A stretch of DNA of 64,000 nucleotides from Candidatus Woesebacteria bacterium (GTDB lineage: Bacteria > Patescibacteriota > Microgenomatia > UBA1400 > PJMF01), in assembly GCA_017999345.1 (NCBI GenBank), contig JAGNLY010000003.1, positions 4,138 through 68,137 on the forward strand, in the 5' to 3' direction. Positions 37,699 to 45,395 of this stretch are shown here, one piece after another. Both the position numbers and the translations under genes were made by a program. Each line of letters begins with the position of its first letter. The stretch's first letter is position 1. The notes beneath the pieces are model-generated. The model saw only the letters and a program-made list of their open reading frames with translations, did not search any database and was not told where the DNA came from.

Positions 37699-38334
37699 AT
37701 GCCAGAAATAACCAAAAACTATAAAAATTTGACTATTCTCGAAAAAATATTCCTTTTTATACGTTACATTACGGCTCCTTTTGCTAGTTTAAGTAAATAT
37801 CTTCCTAAAAAAGGATTAATTTTAGATGTTGGTTGTGGTCCCGGATTACTTGAAAGTTATTTTACTAACAAAAATGATAAGTTGTTTTTTATTGGAATTG
37901 ATCCAGATCGAAAAAAGATAAAGATTGCTTCAAAACTAATCTTTGAGAGAGCGAGATTTGTTTGCGGCTACTTAGAATCTTTTTTAACTAAGTTAAAATT
38001 TGATTGCATTACCTTGATTGACGTGGAGTATTTGTTAAATACTCAAGAAAAGATAGGGTTATTAAATCAATGTACTAAGCTTTTAAATAAAGATGGAATG
38101 ATTCTACTCAAAACAAATGATGACAATGGAAGCATTGGATTTAAGCTAGGAAAGCTTCAAGAATTCTTTTCTTTAAAGATTGGGATTACAAAATCCAATA
38201 ATTCAATTAATTTTTTGACAGTCGAGGAATACAAAAGTATTTTTAACCAAATTGGTCTAAAAGTTGTTGATGAAAAAAGATTGCACACCAGGTTTTTTCA
38301 TACCCACTATTTGTTTGTTTTAAAACGTAATTGA
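37699..38334 (+). CDS. class I SAM-dependent methyltransferase
   Basis: Motif I ILDVGCGPGLL, then GIDPD... Confidence 0.75.
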   Translation: MPEITKNYKNLTILEKIFLFIRYITAPFASLSKYLPKKGLILDVGCGPGLLESYFTNKNDKLFFIGIDPDRKKIKIASKLIFERARFVCGYLESFLTKLKFDCITLIDVEYLLNTQEKIGLLNQCTKLLNKDGMILLKTNDDNGSIGFKLGKLQEFFSLKIGITKSNNSINFLTVEEYKSIFNQIGLKVVDEKRLHTRFFHTHYLFVLKRN

Positions 38335-38423
38335 ATTGTTACATCTCATACCTTACAATAATTTATGTTGTATAAGTATATAGTTAATACAATATAGATA
38401 ATTTATCTTTTTTTTTCAAAGAT

Positions 38424-39416
38424 ATGACTAAACCTAAAGAAAACGTAGTTATTTTAGTTGCTGGAGCTGGTGGTTTTATTGGCGGACACTTAGTCAAGTA
38501 TTTATTTGAATTAGGCTACAGACAAATTAGAGCAGTTGATATTAAGCCATTGGATGACTGGTATCAGAAGAGCCAGATGGCTGAGAACATAAGTTTAGAT
38601 TTGAGAGATCTTAAAAATTGCCAAACTGTTACTCGTGGAGTAGATGAAGTTTACAATTTAGCTGCAGATATGGGCGGCATGGGGTTTATCGAAGCTAATA
38701 AAGCTTTGTGTATGTTGAATGTTTTGATTAATACTCATTTGCTAATTGCAGCTAAAGATAATGGTATAAAACGATTTTTTTTCTCTTCCTCAGCTTGTGT
38801 TTATGCAAAAGACAAGCAACAACGTACTGATATGGATGGCCTAAAAGAGTCCGATGTTTATCCAGCAATGCCAGAAGATGGTTACGGTTGGGAAAAACTG
38901 TTTTCAGAGCGTATGTGTAGGCATTTTATGGAAGATTTTGGCTTAGAAACCAGAGTAGCTCGTTTTCATAATGTTTATGGTCCTCATGGCGAATATAAAG
39001 GTGGAAGAGAAAAAGCTCCGGCGGCAATTATTCGCAAGGTAGTATCAGCTCAAAAAACAGAAATGAATGAAATTGAAATTTGGGGAGATGGCAAACAGTC
39101 GCGTACTTTTATGTTTATAGATGATTGTGTAAAAGGCATTGATTTAATCATGCATAGCGATATTAGAGAACCAATTAATTTAGGGAGAAGTGAGTTAGTT
39201 ACTATAAATGAACTTGTTACTATCGTAGAATCAATCGCAAAAATCAAGTTGAAGCGCATTCATAACTTGAACGCTCCTCAGGGTGTCCGTGGAAGAAGTA
39301 GTGACAACACTTTAATTAGGAAGTTGTTGAATTGGGAACCTACTATTCCTTTGCAAGAGGGAATAGAAAAAACTTATGAGTGGATTAAAGGAGAGATGAA
39401 GAATGGCCAAAATTAA
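38424..39416 (+). CDS. gme: GDP-mannose 3,5-epimerase
   Basis: GAGGFIGGHL, NLAADMGGMGFI (recalled GME signature), SSACVY, YGWEKL, GGREKAPAA, GDGKQSRTF.FIDDCV, GVRGRSSDN. Collinear with plant GME as recalled. Confidence 0.85.
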   Translation: MTKPKENVVILVAGAGGFIGGHLVKYLFELGYRQIRAVDIKPLDDWYQKSQMAENISLDLRDLKNCQTVTRGVDEVYNLAADMGGMGFIEANKALCMLNVLINTHLLIAAKDNGIKRFFFSSSACVYAKDKQQRTDMDGLKESDVYPAMPEDGYGWEKLFSERMCRHFMEDFGLETRVARFHNVYGPHGEYKGGREKAPAAIIRKVVSAQKTEMNEIEIWGDGKQSRTFMFIDDCVKGIDLIMHSDIREPINLGRSELVTINELVTIVESIAKIKLKRIHNLNAPQGVRGRSSDNTLIRKLLNWEPTIPLQEGIEKTYEWIKGEMKNGQN

Positions 39417-40878
39417 AAAGCGCTGGAAGGAAGTTTTAATTATTTTTTCCTTTTGCCTTTTATTCTTCATTCCAAGGTATTTTGCTAGTAATTTATTTGA
39501 TCCAATGGAAGATGAATTTCTATCTTTCATGTTTTCAAGAGATCTTGGATTTGGGAAATTGCTATTGGCACCAGATTATGTTCATCCAGGATTATGGTAT
39601 GCGTTGATGAGAATTCCTATTATCTTTTTCAACACAGGAATAGACATAGGCTTGTATAGGTCAATTCAAGTTTTGATTATATTTTTTTGTTTAGTTTTTT
39701 CATATATTCATTTTAGAAAAAAGTTGTCTAATTCTTTTTTGTTTATTTTTTTTACACTATTTTTGAGTAACATATTTATTGTTCACATAACCATTCAATA
39801 CAGAATGTTTTCAATGATGCTGGGTTTAGCTGTGATTTATTCTTTATTTTGGTTTGAGCTAATAAAAAATAAGGGAGTTCTTTCTTATAAAAAAGTTTTG
39901 CTTTTATCCGTTCTAGCTGTAGTTGGATTTTTTACTGATTACAGCATGATATGGATTATTCCTTTTTGGCCTTTAGTTTATTTATTTTGTCAAAAAAAAT
40001 TAAATTTATTATCTTCACACTTTAAGAAAATATATTTATTCTTTTTCACAGTTTTTATTGGCTTGATCTGGTTCTTACCAATTTTTATTCAGAACATAAA
40101 GCAATCATTACCAGATAATAATTGGCTCCCTCCATTTAACCTTAAAAATATTCTGGAAATATTTGGCACTAGTTTCGGTGTAATTCCTCTAGTAGATTTG
40201 TCTAAATTAAATTTTTTGATTGTTCCTTATACGCTTATATTAGTTTATATAATTTGGAAGACTTTTAAGAAAAATATTAATACAAACTTAAGAAAAATGT
40301 TTGTAGGAATCTTTTTAATATTAATATTTTTTTTGATATCAAATTATTTCGTAAATAACAAACTTTTTTATGCAAGAGCGATATTATCTTTGATTCCTGT
40401 TTTCTACATTTTGTTAGCAGATTTTTTAACTACCTTTCTAAAGATAAGCCCATTTAAAAAAATATTTGTTTTACTTGTATTGATTCAATTGAGCCAATTT
40501 ATAATATATTTTTTTCAAAGTGATACTGTATTTGAAAAATATAGTTACTTTAATTTTCAAAAGCACCCAATGGCTTTTTTTAGCAATTTTCCATTTTTAT
40601 ACAACAGTTGTTTGTTACCAATTCCTGGATGGAATTCAACTTCGTTAGAATATTTTTTTGAGTCAAAAATAAATGTAATTTCAATCGAGAGTTTAAATGA
40701 CCAACTAAGTGACACCAATAAGGACTGTGCAAATATTTATCTCTTAGATCAAATCTCTGTTGAAAGAGATCAAATTGATGTTAAATATGATTATAAAATA
40801 TTAACGCAACTTGGCTATCAACCAAGAAAACTGAGTGAAAATTATAACCAAGTACTTTTTATTTTAGAGAAACATTAA
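39403..40878 (+). CDS. polytopic membrane protein, putative GT-C glycosyltransferase (paralog 1)
   Basis: 491 aa, about 11 TM. First-loop acidic motif FDPMEDE, then HPGLWY. Homologous along its full length to the next gene. Confidence 0.5.
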   Translation: MAKIKKRWKEVLIIFSFCLLFFIPRYFASNLFDPMEDEFLSFMFSRDLGFGKLLLAPDYVHPGLWYALMRIPIIFFNTGIDIGLYRSIQVLIIFFCLVFSYIHFRKKLSNSFLFIFFTLFLSNIFIVHITIQYRMFSMMLGLAVIYSLFWFELIKNKGVLSYKKVLLLSVLAVVGFFTDYSMIWIIPFWPLVYLFCQKKLNLLSSHFKKIYLFFFTVFIGLIWFLPIFIQNIKQSLPDNNWLPPFNLKNILEIFGTSFGVIPLVDLSKLNFLIVPYTLILVYIIWKTFKKNINTNLRKMFVGIFLILIFFLISNYFVNNKLFYARAILSLIPVFYILLADFLTTFLKISPFKKIFVLLVLIQLSQFIIYFFQSDTVFEKYSYFNFQKHPMAFFSNFPFLYNSCLLPIPGWNSTSLEYFFESKINVISIESLNDQLSDTNKDCANIYLLDQISVERDQIDVKYDYKILTQLGYQPRKLSENYNQVLFILEKH

Positions 40879-40880
40879 AA

Positions 40881-42341
40881 ATGGAATTTCTTTTAAAAAA
40901 CAAAAAATTTCAAACCTTTTTACTTTTTACTTCTTTTTGCTTACTTTTTTTTGTTCCAAGATATTTTGCTAGCACTAGATACGATGCCTTAGAAGATGAG
41001 ATCTTGGCAATTCAAAATAATATGAATTATTCAGTTAAAGAATTTATCTTCGCTCCAGATTTTACTCATCCAGGATTTTGGTACATGTTAATGGATTTTC
41101 CAACAAGTATATTGGGCATTAGTCACGGAATTTTTTATTATAGATTGATACAGGTTTTAAATTTATTAGTTTTAATAATTTTTGCATTTTTTTATTTTAG
41201 AAAGAAATTGTCAAATGTTTTTATTTTAATATTTTTTATACTATTTTTTACCAATATATATTTGGTTCATTTAACTGTTCAGCATAGAATGTATTCTTTA
41301 GTATTGGGATTAAGCATAATTTATTCTTTTTATTGGTATCATCTTTTTCTAAAGAAAAATGTAATTTCTTATAAAGAGGCAATATATTTGGGGGTACTAG
41401 CGTCAGCAAGCTTTTTTACGAATTATAGTGTTATATGGCTAATTCCCATTTGGCCATTGGCATATCTTGTATATAAAAGGAGCTTCCCAGTTCTAAAAAA
41501 AATGTCGGTATTTGGTTTAACAATTTTAACTTGTGTGGGGTGGTTTATACCTATTTTTATAAAAAATGCAAATACAAGTATAACTCATAATCAATGGACT
41601 CAACATTTTAGCTTGAGAAACTTTTTACAACTTATCGGTAATTATTTTGGTCTAATTCCTAGAAATTTAGGCACAAATGAAATCAATTTTTTTGTTTTGC
41701 CTTTTATATTTTTATTTATCTTTATTATTATTTGGATGATTTTTGTTAAAAAAATCATTTATATGAGATATTTGTTTCTTTCCTTACTTATTTTTTTTGC
41801 AGCCTTTGTGTTTGCTGTTCGCATAACTGGCAATAGTTTGTTGTATGCAAGAACATCAATTCCATTTGTTGTTCTTGTATACGTCATGATTGCTGATTCT
41901 TTCATTAGGGGTAATAAAGTCATCAAATTTTTATCAATTTGTTTGATGATAATGCAGCTCTTTCAATTTTTTATTTATTTTTCTTCAAATAAAGAAATTG
42001 ATGAGATGTATCATTTATTTGATTATAAAGAAAACACCTTAGGTCATTTCAAAAAATATAAGTTTGAGGAGGGGAGTTGTTTGATTCCAATACCTGGATG
42101 GAATACTACCTCAGCACATTTTTTTCTTGATAAATCTGTAAAAGTTATTGCAACAGATCTCAAGGATGTTGATCAGGAATTAAAAAAAATGTCGAGTTGT
42201 TCGAAGATTTATGTTTTAGATCAAACTTCTGTTGATAGAACAATTACTAGCCAATTTTATCAATATTTTAATATAGCTGAATCAAAAATAGAACTGGTTG
42301 AGGTTTATATAAATCAGTCGTTATATGTTCTAGAAAATTAG
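40881..42341 (+). CDS. polytopic membrane protein, putative GT-C glycosyltransferase (paralog 2)
   Basis: 486 aa. Shares LLFF[IV]PRYFAS, D.[ML]EDE, HPG[LF]WY, FRKKLSN.F, CL[LI]PIPGWN[ST]TS, IY[LV]LDQ.SV.R with the previous gene. Confidence 0.5.
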   Translation: MEFLLKNKKFQTFLLFTSFCLLFFVPRYFASTRYDALEDEILAIQNNMNYSVKEFIFAPDFTHPGFWYMLMDFPTSILGISHGIFYYRLIQVLNLLVLIIFAFFYFRKKLSNVFILIFFILFFTNIYLVHLTVQHRMYSLVLGLSIIYSFYWYHLFLKKNVISYKEAIYLGVLASASFFTNYSVIWLIPIWPLAYLVYKRSFPVLKKMSVFGLTILTCVGWFIPIFIKNANTSITHNQWTQHFSLRNFLQLIGNYFGLIPRNLGTNEINFFVLPFIFLFIFIIIWMIFVKKIIYMRYLFLSLLIFFAAFVFAVRITGNSLLYARTSIPFVVLVYVMIADSFIRGNKVIKFLSICLMIMQLFQFFIYFSSNKEIDEMYHLFDYKENTLGHFKKYKFEEGSCLIPIPGWNTTSAHFFLDKSVKVIATDLKDVDQELKKMSSCSKIYVLDQTSVDRTITSQFYQYFNIAESKIELVEVYINQSLYVLEN

Positions 42342-42353
42342 AATAATTAAAGT

Positions 42354-43790
42354 TTATTTTGGTTTAAAAACAAGAAATTTACCTATTCTTTTATCAAATC
42401 TATAATTTGACCACATCGCAATATATGTTTGACTTGACCAATGCATATATTTGTTTGCCGTAGCTATTGCCAATGAGTCAGAATCTAATTGATAGAAATC
42501 TGGTTGTTGAATTGAAATCAAAATTAAATCCGCCTTTTTTGTATTAATATAATTTATTAAAATTGAGTTTTCTATTTGCTCTCTATGGAGCATTTGCGTC
42601 GTTGCAAAGGGATCAATTATAATTTCTTTACCTGCTAATGGCAAAAGCGCAATGCTATTATCATCAGCCAATATTTTATCTGCGCGTTGAATTTCATTTA
42701 ATAACTCATGTTCTGATTGTGAAAAATTTTGTTTTGATAAAGTTATAGTCTCTCTGAAATTTATATTAATTGCTAGATACACAATAATCAAAAGAAAACT
42801 TATAATGTCGCTATGTTTAACATTTCTAATTGATTTGGTTGTCAACCAAACCAACCCAATCGTAGCCTCAAGAAAATAATTTCCGTCAGATCCTGCTTTA
42901 AAGGCTGTAATTGTAATGAGCAAAGCAGCTAAAACATAGGAAACTAATTTTATGTCCTTAAAAAATTCCTTTTTAGTAAAATAAGCAATGATTACTAGTA
43001 GTAATAATAAAATGGCATTTTGGTAGAAAAAATTTCTAAGGAAGGGCAGGATATGGAGCAAAGACCAATCCATTTTAAAATTGACAGTAATTAAGTTAAA
43101 GTAAAAACTACCATTTGTTATCAGATTAATTATAAGAAATGGAATACCAATAAATGATATTAAATATTTAATAAGATTTGATAATTCTGAATATTTTTTT
43201 TCTGTTAATAAACCAACAATCATATATACAAATGCTGGTATTCCAATATTTTGTTTAGTTAACACAGCTAATGATAAAAATAATGCGCTATAAAATATTT
43301 TATGATGTTTAACTTTTTCAAAAACCCATATTGAAAAAATACTGAATGCTATGGCCAAACCACAGACTCTATTTAATGTAAACCATTTAATTAAGTCAGG
43401 TGAGCTAAAAAAGATTATAAAAAAAGTTAGCTTATTTAAATAACTTCTTCGATCCAAAGATATTAAAACTTTGAAAATAATCAGTAAAGAAATTATTGAT
43501 AAAAAACGGCCGCCAAAAAATGACTGACTCTCGCCAAAAATTATGTGATTTATACCATAAAAAACTGGAGTATAAGCATTTAAAAGTGAAGGCTCATTCT
43601 TGAATGAAGGATACATTTTGTTCCAATTAGGAAAATTGTTACTGTTTTGTAAAACATAGCCTTCGACTAAGTTTAGAGGAGCTTTATAGTTTAATTGGTT
43701 AATAGCTACAATAAAAAATCTAAAGCCAATTATTATTGCGACTAAAGTTAAAATAATTTCACTGATCGATAATTTCGGATATTTACGCAC
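42354..43790 (-). CDS. polytopic membrane protein, possibly GT-C-like
   Basis: 478 aa, at least 10 TM, soluble C-terminal ~110 aa. GTG start. Context among glycan genes. Family not recognised. Confidence 0.4.
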   Translation of the reverse strand: MRKYPKLSISEIILTLVAIIIGFRFFIVAINQLNYKAPLNLVEGYVLQNSNNFPNWNKMYPSFKNEPSLLNAYTPVFYGINHIIFGESQSFFGGRFLSIISLLIIFKVLISLDRRSYLNKLTFFIIFFSSPDLIKWFTLNRVCGLAIAFSIFSIWVFEKVKHHKIFYSALFLSLAVLTKQNIGIPAFVYMIVGLLTEKKYSELSNLIKYLISFIGIPFLIINLITNGSFYFNLITVNFKMDWSLLHILPFLRNFFYQNAILLLLLVIIAYFTKKEFFKDIKLVSYVLAALLITITAFKAGSDGNYFLEATIGLVWLTTKSIRNVKHSDIISFLLIIVYLAININFRETITLSKQNFSQSEHELLNEIQRADKILADDNSIALLPLAGKEIIIDPFATTQMLHREQIENSILINYINTKKADLILISIQQPDFYQLDSDSLAIATANKYMHWSSQTYIAMWSNYRFDKRIGKFLVFKPK

Positions 43791-43939
43791 GTTTATGAGT
43801 TTATATTGTCATAAGTTGTTGATTCAAGTATCAAAAAAAATAGTGGCAGTTTAGCTTTTAATTTATCAAAGTCATATCTGAAGATAAGTTTTAAAAAGAG
43901 ACAGGAAGTCCAAAAATCACAAATTAGCAGCTAATAATA

Positions 43940-45262
43940 TCAATCAAAATTAGATCCTGGATGGACAATGAAATCTAAACTTTTGCTTTTTTCAACTTTT
44001 TTTTGTTTGTATATCAGCTTCAAGATTTCAGAAATTATAAAATGTATCAGGTATTTGTGAATCTTTGGTTTTAAATAATTTCTTATTGAATTCAAAGACC
44101 TAACTTTTTTAATTCCATTTTTTTCAGCTACTTCATTGAATATGCTCCTAACTGGTTCAAATGCATGAAGATGCTGTTCAGAGTTAATCTCTTTAATAGC
44201 AATATTATTTTGTTTAAAAAATAATATCTGAGCTTCAATTTCTTTAGCAATTTCTTTTTTTGAAATTCTTTTAAATAAAAGTTTAATCAAAAAAACTGGG
44301 AGACTAAAAAATATTCCATTTCGATCAACTAAGCTTGGTATAATTTTAGGCTTTAGTATTGGTTTTCCTCTCAAAATGTTTATGTGGGCAATTATATTAG
44401 ATTCATTTATAACTTTTTTAAGCATCTGCAAATCATTGATAGAAACAAGGTTTGCAAAAATTGATACATGGGTAATTGATCCCGCTGTAGCTTGGTCTAA
44501 AATCGCATTATTGATTATTTTTGACATTCCATAGTCGTCAGCTACAATTTTTTTTGATACATCTGGTTGTAATTTTTTAAATGCAAATAATCTCATAAAG
44601 TCGATCAAGATTCCAGAAATTCTTTTTAAAGAGGAATAACTTTTTGGTTTTAGTTCTTGGATGGAAGTTGGAATTTCAATTATTTCGTTTTTAAGTTTTA
44701 GTAATAGTTCGTTATCGAATAGTTCATGTTTTGTTATTGTTTCCAGCAATATTTTTTTTAGTCTTTTTGTGTTCTTAAATGCCATTATTTTATGTCCATC
44801 AGTTCCTTTGAGTTCAAAAAAACGATATGAAAATAGCTCGATTAGCTTTGCAATAGCTATTTCAAAAAAAGGTCTGTAGTCATTATTATTTTCTGATTTT
44901 AAAGCACAAACAATATTTTTTGTTTTTAGTTTTATTAGTGATTTTTTTATAAAGTTTGTATCATGAAAATCAAGGTCTAGCACGAAAAGATATGCGCAAT
45001 TAGAGCTTAAAAGTCCATGCTTTATTGCTTGTCCGTATGATGAAAATGATATTCGTCTTTTTTTAATGAAACTGTATTTTTTTTCTAGGTTACATATTTC
45101 TTCCCATGAGTTATCCAAACTTCCGTTTTCAACTAAAATAATTTCGTTTATGGGTATCTTGGATTGTTTAAGAGTCTTAATAAAAACTTCTATTTTTATT
45201 GTCAAATTTTTCTCTTCATTATAAACAGGGAAAATATAGCTAGTTTTTATTTTCTTGAACAT
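43940..45262 (-). CDS. fusion protein: GT2 polyprenol-phosphate glycosyltransferase-like domain + YdjC/ChbG-family carbohydrate deacetylase domain
   Basis: N-terminus YIFPVYNEEKNL...ILVENGSLDNS...FVLDLDF (DPM1/GtrB-like GT2). C-terminus IVADDYGMSKIINNAILDQATAGSITHVSIFANL ... HLHAFEPV ... DFIVHPG (YdjC-like). Confidence 0.7.
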   Translation of the reverse strand: MFKKIKTSYIFPVYNEEKNLTIKIEVFIKTLKQSKIPINEIILVENGSLDNSWEEICNLEKKYSFIKKRRISFSSYGQAIKHGLLSSNCAYLFVLDLDFHDTNFIKKSLIKLKTKNIVCALKSENNNDYRPFFEIAIAKLIELFSYRFFELKGTDGHKIMAFKNTKRLKKILLETITKHELFDNELLLKLKNEIIEIPTSIQELKPKSYSSLKRISGILIDFMRLFAFKKLQPDVSKKIVADDYGMSKIINNAILDQATAGSITHVSIFANLVSINDLQMLKKVINESNIIAHINILRGKPILKPKIIPSLVDRNGIFFSLPVFLIKLLFKRISKKEIAKEIEAQILFFKQNNIAIKEINSEQHLHAFEPVRSIFNEVAEKNGIKKVRSLNSIRNYLKPKIHKYLIHFIISEILKLIYKQKKVEKSKSLDFIVHPGSNFD

Positions 45263-45395
45263 GTTGCTTATAGTTATTTTTTGACATTAAATTGAGTTGT
45301 AGTATGAAGCAGCTAACTACTGAGTATATATAGCAGATATAACAATATATGTACAACTACAACTTTTATTATAGTATTTATGCTAATATTAGTAT

